This document shows positions 15,901 through 27,900 of a DNA stretch of 64,000 nucleotides, one piece after another (position 1 is the stretch's first letter; each line of letters starts with the position of its first letter). The translations under genes and the position numbers were made by a program. Origin of the DNA: Macrostomum lignano (taxonomy: Eukaryota); the NCBI GenBank assembly GCA_002269645.1, contig NIVC01003899.1, positions 1-64,000 on the forward strand. Reading direction: 5' to 3'. The notes below the pieces were generated by a model. That model was not told the origin of the DNA and searched no databases. It worked only from the letters and a program-made list of their open reading frames with translations.

Positions 15901-18900
15901 GCCCCCCTCTGTAACTGGTTGTGCCTCTCTGTAGCTGGTTGTGCCCCCTCTGTAGCTGGTTGTGAACCCTCTGTAGCAGGTTGTGCCCCCTCTGTAGCTG
16001 GTTGTGCCCCCCCCTCTGTAGCAGGTTGTGCCCCCCTCTGTAACTGGTTGTGTCCCCTCTGTAGCTGGTTGTGCCCCCTCCGTAGCTGGTTGTGCCCCCC
16101 TCTGTAGCTGGTTGTGCCCCCTCTGTAGCTGGTTGTGCCCCCTCTGTAGCTGGTTGTGCCCCCTCCGTAGCTGGTTGTGCCTCCCCCGTAGCTGGTTGTG
16201 CCCCCCTCTGTAGCTGGTTGTGCCCCCTCTGTAGCTGGTTGTGCCCCCTCTGTAGCTGGTTGTGAACCCTCTGTAGCAGGTTGTGCCCCCTCTGTAGCTG
16301 GTTGTGCCCCCCTCTGTAGCTGATTGTGCCCCCTCTGTAGCTGGTTGTGCCCCCCTCCGTAGCTGGTTGTGCCCCCTCTGTAGCTGGTTGTGCCCCCTCT
16401 GTAGCTGGTTGTGCCCCCTCTGTAGCTGGTTGTGCCCCCCTCCGTAGCTGGTTGTGCCCCCTCCGTAGCTGGATGTGCGCCCCTCTGTAGCCTATCTGAG
16501 CGCAGGCACATACGGGCTGGAGCTAACCTGCATAGTTTTGAAGAACTCAAACATCGGCTTGCGAACTTCAACATCTTCGTCAAAAATCCACACGTTCACT
16601 CTGGCCCTGGTGACCGCCGTGTACAGGTGCTTGAGCACGCTATTAAGTATCTTGTGCTCGCCGGCGCTGAACTCAATTGGCCGGCTGGACCGCTTGGCGT
16701 ACTCTGCAAGGTCCAGCTGCTTCAGCAGGGCGCCGGGCGTAGCGGCGGTGCTGCCGCCGGCTCCATTGGTGGAGGCCGCCTCGCTGACTAAGTCGCGCAG
16801 AACTGCGCTTGCAACCCGCCAATCCTGTGAAGGGTTGTGGGAAATAGATTTATTGGGTAGAGCGGGTAGATTTATTAGGTAGAGCGGGTATATTTATTTG
16901 GGTAGAGCGGGTAGACTTATTTGGGTAGAGCGGGTAGATTAATTTGGGTAGAGCGGGTAGACTAATTTGGGTAGAGCGGGTAGATTTATTTGGTAGAGCG
17001 GGTAGATTTATTTGGGTAGAGCGGGTAGATTAATTTGGGTAGAGCGGGTAGACTAATTTGGGTAGAGCGGGTAGACTAATTTGGGTAGAGCGGGTAGACT
17101 AATTTGGGTAGAGCGGGTAGACTAATTTGGGTAGAGCGGGTAGACTAATTTGGGTAGAGCGGGTAGACTAATTTGGGTAGAGCGGGTAGACTAATTTGGG
17201 TAGAGCGGGTAGACTAATTTGGGTAGAGCGGGTAGACTAATTTGGGTAGAGCGGGTAGACTAATTTGGGTAGAGCGGGTAGACTAATTTGGGTAGAGCGG
17301 GTAGACTAATTTGGGTAGAGCGGGTAGACTAATTTGGGTAGAGCGGGTAGACTAATTTGGGTAGAGCGGGTAGATTTATTTGGGTAGAGCGGGTAGACTA
17401 ATTTGGGTAGAGCGGGTAGACTAATTTAGGTAGAGCGGGTAGACTTATTTGGGTAGAGCGGATAGATTACAATGAGTGAAGGAAAACCTTTGAGAGTAAG
17501 TGAGTGTTTCGTAGGTAGAGAACAATATCTAATCTAACCTTTTCACTGGCGGGCGAGTCCTTGAAGAAGTTGTACAGCAGCACGTCATCAAATTCGAGGC
17601 CCTTGGACTCGTACACGGTGAGCACCAGGGCGATGGACAGCTCGGGCACATTCTCAACTAGATAGCGCCTGGCCTCATCGCTGGCCACAATAATAGCCTG
17701 ATGGGCGCCAAAGTCGATGTGCGCGTTGCTCTTGCGCCTGGCGCCCTGCAGCAGGAAGGCCAAGTCGGTGGCAGAGCAGGACTCAATAAGCACGGGCTTG
17801 GGCCCGGGGAACAGGCCCATGTCCGGCTCAAGCGGGTCGAACGTGCTGGGGAACAGGCGGCCCAGCAGCAGGATAACGCAGGAGGCCAGGCCCAGAATGC
17901 CCGAGTGGCTTCTGTAGTTGTGCGTCAGCACCTGCAGCCCGTCCGGCATGCGTAGCGCCCCGGTGGCGCCCTGCGACTGCAGGCCCCGCCTAGCGTGATG
18001 GAACAGAGTCTTCAAGTCGGTGAATCGGAACGACACGCCACGCATGATGCTCTGCGCGGTGTCGCCGGTGAAGAACATCCTGTTGGGGTCCTGGCAGCAG
18101 CGGAGCAGGAGGCTCAGCTCGGCCTGAGTGAAGTCCTGCGTCTCGTCAACAAAGATCGCGTGCAGAGCCCAGTCCTCTTCGGGCGACGGAGCGGCTGACT
18201 CGGCCAGCCAGACGGTCTGGCGGCGGTACAGACAGGCCACCAAGTCGTTCATGTCGAACAGTCCCAGGTCACGCAGCAGGCGCTGGTACTCTTCAAACAG
18301 TCGGTAAACTCGTTCGCGCGAATCGGCAAACTCGGGCGCGCGTTTCTTGCCGAGCTCGCGGTACTTGGCCAGCGACAGGAAGCCGCCTGGCGAGTTCAAG
18401 GCCTCTACAGAGCCTTTGATGAAGGACACCAGCTCTGTCCAAACCAGGCTGGGCTGCAGACCCGAGCGCAGCTTGCTGGGCAGCTTCTCCCACAGGCTGG
18501 TTGAGAACAACTCGTAGGTGACCTCGCGCCGCCTGTCCTCCAGCTGCTGCGGCGCCGGATTCTGCTGATCCGCGTTGGCGCCGCCCGCTCCGGCAACGTC
18601 GGCACCGCCTTCGACGCCGCCGCCATCGGCGTTGCCGTCATCGTAGTAGTTGGCCGCGTCAAACAGATCGTCGGCGGTGGAGTCCAGCAGGAACTCGATG
18701 TCCGCCTCCTCATCCTCCCAGCCCGGCACCTGAGCGTGGAAAATTGCGAGCACAGTATGATCGATGTACAGAATGACCTCCGATCTAGTATGACCGATTT
18801 ACTAAATAACCCCCTCCCCCATCTCAATATGACCGAACCATTAAATGACCACTACTTCAATATGACCGATGCACTCAATGACCCGCAGTTTCAAATGAAC

Positions 18901-21900
18901 AGCATCTTAGTTATGACCAAATCTAGATGGCCTTCAGTTCAGTTATGACCAAATCTAGATGACCTTCAGTTCAGTTATGACCAAATCTAGATGACCTTCA
19001 GTTCAGTTATGACCAAATCTAGATGACCTTCAGTTCAGTTATGACCAAATCTAGATGGCCTTCAGTTCAGTTATGACCAAATCTAGATGACCTTCAGTTT
19101 AGTTATGACCAAATCTAGATGACCTTCAAGTTCAGATATGACCAAATCTAGATGACCTTCAGTTCAGTTATGACCAAATCTAGATGACCTATGATTTAGT
19201 ATGACCAGAAGCTGTCCTACTAAGCTGCCAAAACGCTCACCTTCTTGGCCAGACTGCCGTCCTCGTTGCGCTGAAAGAACGGCTGACCGGGCAGACTGGC
19301 GTCCAGCAGCATCCACAGCTGCTTGGAGCTGACAAACATGGGGAAATGACCGGAATTGGCCACCTGCAGCCGGTTTGGCAGTTCGAACTCCGGCTCCGGC
19401 AGCTCGGCGTCCCGCAGGCCGGCGCACAGATCGTAGAAGTTTTTGCGGACCTCTCGGCACAGCACCGGGTTTTTAGTGACGAACAGCTGGCGAAGATGGT
19501 CGAACTGCGGCTCCGGCGCGTCCTCATTGTCGGAACCGACGTCGACGGCTGAAGACGCGACTGCGGCGGCCTCCTCTTCGTAGGTGTCGGTGGCATCGCT
19601 GTTGGTTGTGCGATTCCGGTTCCTGACGCGGCCGCGGTGCCGGCCTCTGTGCCGCTGGTCGGCCTCGCCGCCGGCCGCATCGCCAGCGTCATCGGCGGCG
19701 TCCGCGTCCTCGTCAGACTGGGCGCCATCGTCGGCGGCGTCGGGATCGACCTTTGATAGTTCGAGGGCGACGACCTTCGAGGATTTATCATTTTTCAAAC
19801 ATCCCACTGACCCACTGCTAACTGACTCCCTCCATGACATACTGCTGACTAGTCAAATGACCCACTAATGACCGACCCAATCGATGAATGAACCACCTGC
19901 TAACTGACCCTCTGATTCTGACCCACTGCTGACTGCCCGTTCTATTACTAATGAGGCATTCACTCGATGGCCCACTGAACGCCTGCCTCATTCTATGACC
20001 CACTGATGACTGACCCATTCTATGACCCACTGATGACTGACCCATTCTATGACCCACTGATGACTGGCTCATTTTATGACCCACTGATGACTGGCTCATT
20101 TTATGACCCACTGATGACTGGCTCTTTTTTTGACAAACTGATGACTGACCCATTCTATGACCCACTGATGACTGACCCATTCTATGACCCACTGATGACT
20201 GACCCATTCTATGACCCACTGATGACTGACCCATTCTATGACCAACTGATGACTGACCCATTCTATGACCCACTGATGACTGACCCATTCTATGACCAAC
20301 TGATGACTGGCTCTTTTTTGACCAACTGATGACTGACCCATTCTATGACCCACTGATGACTGGCTCATTTTATGACCCACTGATGATTGACCCATTCTAT
20401 GACCCACTGATGACTGACCCATTCTATGACCCACTGATGACTGGCTCATTTTATGACCCACTGATGACTGGCTCTTTTTTTGACCAACTGATGACTGACC
20501 CATTCTATGACCCACTGATGACTGACCCATTCTATGACCCACTGATGACTGACCCATTCTATGACCAACTGATGACTGACCCATTCTATGACCCACTGAT
20601 GACTGACCCATTCTATGACCAACTGATGACTGACCCATTCTATGACCCACTGATGACTGACCCATTCTATGACCCACTGATGACTGACCCATTCTATGAC
20701 CAACTGATGACTGACCCATTCTATGACCCACTGATGACTGACCCATTCTATGACCCACTGATGACTGACCCGTTCTATGACCCACTGATGACTGACCCAT
20801 TCTATGACCCACTGATGACTGACCTATTTTATGACCCGCTGATGACTGATTGACTGACCATTCTATGACTCAATCGTGGCAAAAGCTCTCAAACGCACCA
20901 GTCTGTACAGGCGGCGCCGCGGGATAATCGGGTTGGCCTCCGAGCGGACCTGCCGCCAATAGTCGGAAAATTCGGAGAACATTCTAAACACGCAGCAAGT
21001 TGTCTTGCCTGTGCCGCTCCGACCAATGAGCAGCACCGGAGACTCGGAGCTCAGCTCGATGATTGCGTGCTCCTGCTCGGTGACACGGAACGGCAGATCA
21101 ATTCTCGCCTCGCCAGTGAGAATATCGGCAATGAGGCTGGCGTCCCAGCTATAGAACTTCATCATGTGATACTCGGTCTCCTTGGAGGCGCCAGGCGGCT
21201 GGAAACGGACGAGGTCGGAGGACCCGCCGCCGCCGCCGCCAGAAACGACACTGTAGGTGCGCGGCAGGATGCGGCCAGCATTAGCGGCGTTGTCGCGGGC
21301 TAAAGCCGAGGCGGCTGCGGCTGCGGAGTTCAACTCGCGGGCAAGCGCGCAGGCGGCGCCACGCTTGTGCGCGGTGATCGCCCTGGTGATCTCCTCGGCT
21401 AGAGCTTCCGAGGATTCCACGATGGCCCACAGGCGCAGCACGTCGCAATAAATTCGGCCCTGCGGACCGGACCGCTTCGGGCTGAAGGTGACGGCCCGCT
21501 CCCACAGCAGGCTGGCCTGGCCGCCCAGGCTGGTCTGGTAGAACTGCAAGCCCAGACCGGCGGCCGACTCCGGCAGGCGGACCGGCTTAGCCAGAGAGCG
21601 CCAGCCGCGCCCGCTGGCCAGTTTTAATAGGCGCCTAGCCAATCGGCGCCTCAGTTGGCGCCACGTGTTCCGACGGCGCCGAAGAGCGTTCCATAGTTCC
21701 ACCTGTAGGCATATTAGGCATTAAAAGGGGGTTGTAGCGTCGGACTCACCACTGAAAGGTCGGGGGTTCGATTCCCTATCTACTTGGAACAATTTGTGGC
21801 CTTGAGCAAGACACTTAACTCTGCATTGTTTCAGTTCACCCAGCTGTAGAGTGTGCACCAGCATTAGCTGGGGTAATTGAGGCTGTGTGGCGACCCCCCT

Positions 21901-24900
21901 CCCCCAGTCCTTGGACTGAACAGCCGGACGCAGCCTTCAGATGCGCCGTGCAATAGCTGCGGCTGAGCTGTCGGTTGCACATCTGGCCCAATTGGGGCAG
22001 GTGTAATCAATTATTATTATTTAGACATACATGTACGAGTTCATCGAACCGCTGCAAGGTGACCAAGTGTACTGCAATAGCACAGAACATGTACAGCAGG
22101 GGTCGGCAAATGCAGCCCGCAAAGCCTCTCTATCCGGCCCTCGGGTCCTTTGAAACTTCACAATAGCAATCCGGCCCGCTCAATTTCTATCTCTTCTCAG
22201 CGCTCTTCTCTCTAATCTCCTCTCTTCCTCTCTCCTAGTCTCTAGGCAAGAAAAGTACGCACACTGCGCCCTGAGGGTTGGCCCTCGTGTGTCCTACTAG
22301 TAGACAGATTTCCGCGCGCTGAATCGAACCCGGGACTTAATTACAAGAACCGGACACTCCGGTAAGCAACTCTGCCATCCCATCCCCAGCCTCACCGTGC
22401 ATTCGATCTCCCAGTCGAGCTCAGCTCCATCGCGCACCATCAGCGCGCTCGCCTCAACGCCAGCCTCGTCGTCGCTGCCGACCACTTCGTCCGTAGGCGA
22501 CGCCTGCCGATCATTGCCGCCAACAATGTCCTTCTCTTCGTCGGCTTCGTCCTCCTCTTCTTCCTCGGCGTCCGACTCTTCCGGCGGCGCGATGTCGCGC
22601 GGGTTCGGCGCGCGCACGGCATTCCGAGTCCGATCGACAATGTCGTCCTTGGTGAGCCGGTCCAGCTGGCGGTGGAACCACTGCAGAGTCTGCTCGAACT
22701 GCGACTGCGGCGTCTGCTGCAAACTCTCGTCCAGCTGCTTCTGCTGCTGTTGTTGTTGCTTCTGCAGTTGCTTCTGCTGCTTCGACGTCAACGGTAGATC
22801 GCTGCCCACTGACGGCTTGCCAGACCCCGACGCCATGGAGCCGGAGGCCTCGCTGCCGCTGTCAGCGTCGCTCTCGTCGCCAGACGCGTCATCGTCGGCG
22901 CCCAAATCTGGTCGGGAGTCGACGGGCTCCGGCTCGGGGAATCTGGCGGCCGCCTGGGTCAGCTGCATCACCAGCTGGGCGCGGTCGCGGCGGCGGACGG
23001 ACCGGCAGATAGCCTTGGGGGGGGGAGCGAGAGAGCAGTGTCCAATGCCATCGGGTTATGTAAACAGACAACTATTGCAAGCTTTTGGGGATAAGCTAAT
23101 GGGGAAAATGGGGATTTCGATCGGCCGGATAAACCGTTGGGGATAATGAGGATTCCGATCGGTGGGATAAATCATTAGGGATAATGGTGATTTCGATCGG
23201 TCGGATAAACCATTGGGATAATGGGATCCTGATCGGTGGGATAAACCATTGGGGATAATGGGGATTTTAATCGGTGGGATAAATCATTGATGATACGTAA
23301 TGAGTATCCCGATTGATGGGATAAACCTTCGAGGATAATAAGGATTTCGATCGACCGGAAAACCATTGGGGAAAATGAGGATTCCGATCGGCCAGATAAA
23401 CCATTAGGGATAATGTGAGGATTCCGACCGGTGGGATAAATCATTGGAGACAATGGGGATCCTGATCGGTGGGATAAATCATTGGGGACAATGGGGATCC
23501 TGATCGGTGGGATAAATCATTGGGGACAATGGGGATCCTGATCGGTGGGATAAATCATTGGGGATAATGGGATCCTGATCGGTGGGATTTAGCAACTGAT
23601 AGTTATCATCCTTTGATTCATCCGTTGGGATAATCTAGATTGGATTTATCAATGGGGATAAATGAGGATAATAACAAATCCCAGCAGTCTCGCTCACCTG
23701 CAGAGCAGTCTGCCTGGCCTTATTTCGCAGATTCGGATTAGCATCGGTGAGTTCGGCAATTTTGCGCACAGCCTCAATGGAGTGACGGCTCCGGGTGGCG
23801 GCGGCAGTGTGATACAGAGTGTTGCCGTCCCGGTCGCGCAGACAGGGGTCCAGCTGCGGGTGGGACTCCGGGTCCGATTTGTACAGGTCGAGCAGGTGCT
23901 CGAACAGTTCAAAGTAGCCGGGCTCAATGTCCAGGGCAACGATGAGCGCCTTGTACAGAGGATTTTCGCCGAGACAGTCGGGGCCGAGCAGGCCGCGCTG
24001 CATCAGCTGCGGCAGGTCGCGAGCGAAGCCCTGGCGCTGCTGGCTGGACAGCTCGGACATCTCCATGCCGGACAGGTCGCACAGGGCGCCGGCCCGCCTC
24101 AGCAGGTCCACTAGCTCCAGCCGCTTGGTCTGGTCGCCGCGCTGGTAGCCAGACATGAGCAGGTCCTGGTTTGGAGGGATCAGAGGCTTTTATATCCCGA
24201 AAATCTCAACTGTTCGACCATTGCATCCAGATAATCCCATATTACCTACTTCGGAATATTATTACTCACAATTACTCATTTATAATATTACTCACATACT
24301 GATAAGAGAATCTCACATGCTGATAAGAGAATCTCACATACTGATAAGAGAATCTCACATCCTGATAAGAGAATCTCACATCCTGATAAGAGAATCTCAC
24401 ATGCTGATAAGAGAATCTCACATCCTGATAAGAGAATCTCACATCCTGATAAGAGAATCTCACATACTAACAATAGAATCTCACATACTAACAATAGAAT
24501 CTCACACACCCCAGTTACTAAATTCACCGATCTCAGTCCCCCAATTTCCCTCACCTGCAGCCTGGCAGATGCGGCAACATTGCCCCGCCTGGCGTCCTCC
24601 ACCACAGCCTCAACGGTGTGCACTCCCAGGTACAGCCGCAGTCCGTGCTCCAGCGTCGGTTTCAAATTCGTGTCGGGATTGACCGACGCGGCGCTGCCAA
24701 AATAACACTTCAGCAGCACGTGAATGGACTTCCAACACTTGAAAGTGCCGTCCTCGGCCGTGTTGGTGTCCAGGGTGATGAGGCCGTGTAGTAAACAAGC
24801 CAGCAGAGCGGCCGGACTCAGCAGCTGGTCAGTTATGAACCTGGCCGAGATGAGATCGCTCTGCGACAGCAGCTCCAACAGGTCCGGCAGCAATCGGCCA

Positions 24901-27900
24901 ATGAGGTCGGCGTGCGACTTGCTGAACTGCCGCTTGTGATCCTCGTGCAGCAGGGCGCCGAAAAAGCGCAGCAATTCTTCGCGCTTTGGAAAGTTGCGAT
25001 GCTTCTCCAGGCTTTTCTCGCACGGCTGCAGAAATAAGCGGATTTTTTCTGGTTCCGTCTATCCCAAAACTTATTCCGGTTTCTTCTATCCCAAAACTAC
25101 TTCCGGTTCCGTCTATCCCAAAACTACTTCCGGTTCCGTCTATCCCGAAACTGCTTCCGGTTCTGTCTATCCCGAAACTGCTTCCGGTTCCGTCTATCCC
25201 GAAACTGCTTCCGGTTATGTTTATCCCGAAACTACTTCCGGTTCCGTCTATCCAAAAAAACTTCTTCCGGTTTCTTCTATCCCAAAACTACTTCCGGTTC
25301 CGTCTATCCCGAAACTACTTCCGGTTCCGTCTATCCCGAAACTACTTCCGGTTCCGTCTATCCAAAAAACTTCTTCCGGTTTCCTCTATCCCAAAACTAC
25401 TTCCGGTTCCGTCTATCCCCAAATCCAAATCTACTTTAAGTTCCGTTTATCCAAAAACTACTTCCGGTTCCGTTTATCCAAAAACTACTTCCGGTTCCGT
25501 CTATACCAAAACTACTTCCGGTTCCGCCTATATCAAAACTACTTCCGGCTTCGTCTAACCCCCAAAACTCCTTCCAGTTTCGTTTAACTAGTCTCAATAT
25601 GTCAGCGTTACCTGGCAGAGGTAGGCGCCGCCTCCGTCGCCGGAGATATTATTAGCAGCATCGGCAATGAGAAGCTCGGTGCGCTTAGGATGCACGCCGA
25701 GACGCTGAGCAAAATAATAGAACCAGCAGTTGGAGACACGATCGCAGGGATCAGTGTAATTTAAGCAGGTCTCCGGGTACTGCAAGTAGCCGTACTCTAT
25801 ATCAGACGGCTTATAGTAATCGACCGCTTTGTGGCCTTTTTTATTTAAAGCTTGTGGATCAACGTGCCCGTATCTGCAGGATTATGAGAGTTTACGACTG
25901 CATTGAAGTTAAGCATTTTTATCTTCATGGCTTTTGATACTACTTTCGAGTAGTTTTTATGTACAATGCTAATAGCTTCTCCATAAATGGGACTACGAGT
26001 AGTAACAATAGGCTACTAATAGTAGAGGTGAATAAAAAGCTACTCATAGTAGATGTGACTAATAGGCTACTCATAGTAGAGGTGACTAATAGGCTACTCA
26101 TATCAGATGTGACTAAAAATTAAGCATATGCCATACTAAAAGGCAGTCCTCACCTAACCAGCAGTTGAATAGCGGTGCAAGCAAACTCCTTGGAGTATTT
26201 GCAGCCAAAAATTTCACCGGCCTCCCTGGCCGCCCCAATTAAATGCAGAAGAGTGTCGCCAGTTTTGTCTGCCGACCGGGGCCGATGGAAGTAGAACAGA
26301 AATCTGTACAGATCTAGCGAGCCCGTCTGCATGGCCCGAGTGATTGACGTGTGAAAGCAGGTATTGCCGAGGTGACCTGCGAGGTAAGCCACTTAGTATT
26401 ATTATGCATGAGTAATACATACAGTTTAACAGGGCCCGGGTGGACCATTCTCAAGGTTAGAGATGGACCATTCTCAAGGTTAGAGATGGAACATTCTTAA
26501 GGTTAGAGATGGACCATTCTCAAGGTTAGAGATGGACCATTCTCAAGGTTAGAGATGGACCATTCTCAAGGTTAGAGATGGACCATTCTCAAGGTTAGAG
26601 ATGGACCATTCTCAAGGTTAGAGATGGACCATTCTCAAGGTAAGAGATGGACCATTCTCAAGGTTAGAGATGGACCATTCTCAAGGTTAGAGATGGACCA
26701 TTCTTAAGGTTAGAGATGGACCATTCTCAAGGTAAGAGATGGACCATTCTCAAGGTTAGAGATGGACCATTCTCAAGGTTAGAGATGGACCATTCTCAAG
26801 GTTAGAGATGGACCATTCTCAAGGTTAAAGATGGACCATTCTCAATGGTAGAGAATAGATCATTCTAAATGGTAGAGAATAGACCATTCTTAAGGGTAGA
26901 GAATAGATCATTCTCAATGGTAGAGAACGGACCATTTTCAATGGTAGAGAATAGATCATTCTAAATGGTAGAGAATAGACCATTCTTAAGGGCAGAGAAT
27001 AGATCATTCTCAATGGTAGAGAAGGAACCATTTTCAATGGTAGAGAATAGAACTAATAAAGAGAATAGATAGAAGATTCTAAAGGGTAGAAAGAGTGAGA
27101 TAGAGGATTCTATTCAAACTCTCAAAGGCAGGGGATGTGACGGCCAAAGCTGTCAGACAGACTCCCTCACCAGTTAGCGATGAGCTGGGTTCGAGTCCCA
27201 GCAGGCAGAATAAAACCAGCAGCCGCTCTCCGTATCGCTTCCACTGCGCGGCCGGCAGCGCCAGCAGGTCCTTAGTTAGCGCCGAGCGGCACAGGCGCAT
27301 CCGATCCGAGCGCAGAGGCTCCAGCGCCGGCCCGGAGAACTGGTGCTCAGCCGAACCGAAAGCCAGCAGCTGGCACAGCGCCAAATAATTGCGACTAGCC
27401 AGGTGATGCTGTACAACTGGCGACCAGATTGCCGCGTCGCGAACTTTTACAGCCGACCGAAGGAAGGCTTTGCGCAGGGCAACTAGCAGCGAGCGCTGGT
27501 TGCTGCCGCCGTCACCGCCGCCGCTGCCGCCGCTGTCCAGTAGGGCGGCGATCTCGGTGAGCACGCTGCTCAACAGCGGGCGAGAGGACTCGCCGAGCAA
27601 CTTCAACGCGCCGGAATCAGCCAGGCCGGTCAGGTAGGCGCGCGCTGCCAGCTTGGCAGCGTCGCCAGCCAACAAAGTCATCGAGCTGGTGGCGCCGCCG
27701 CCCCGACGCCGAGCGCCAGCGGAGCCGGCAGCCGAGGCTGAGGCCGATTTCGCCAGCAGAAGGTGGCCGGCCAGCAGGTGCAAGACTGGAGGCGCATTGT
27801 CTGAAAATTTCACACCCAGACTGACGGCGCGGGACGCCTCCTGATGGCCAGCCAGAGTGCAGGCGGCCGGCGTGGTGTAGCAGGAGCCGATCTTGTAACC

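Noticed and set aside
15567-16583. 338-aa ORF with ATEG/GAQP repeats, and similar repeat ORFs at 19818-20853, 24155-24682, 24986-25587, 48155-48635, 59018-59743 and 61706-61915
   Set aside because: All lie within minisatellites and are not in frame with both flanking exons; their peptide periodicity simply mirrors the DNA unit.
12402-24114. Plus-strand ORFs antisense to helicase exons (e.g. 12402-12968, 22397-23146, 23662-24114)
   Set aside because: These are shadow ORFs of GC-rich coding exons with no independent motifs.
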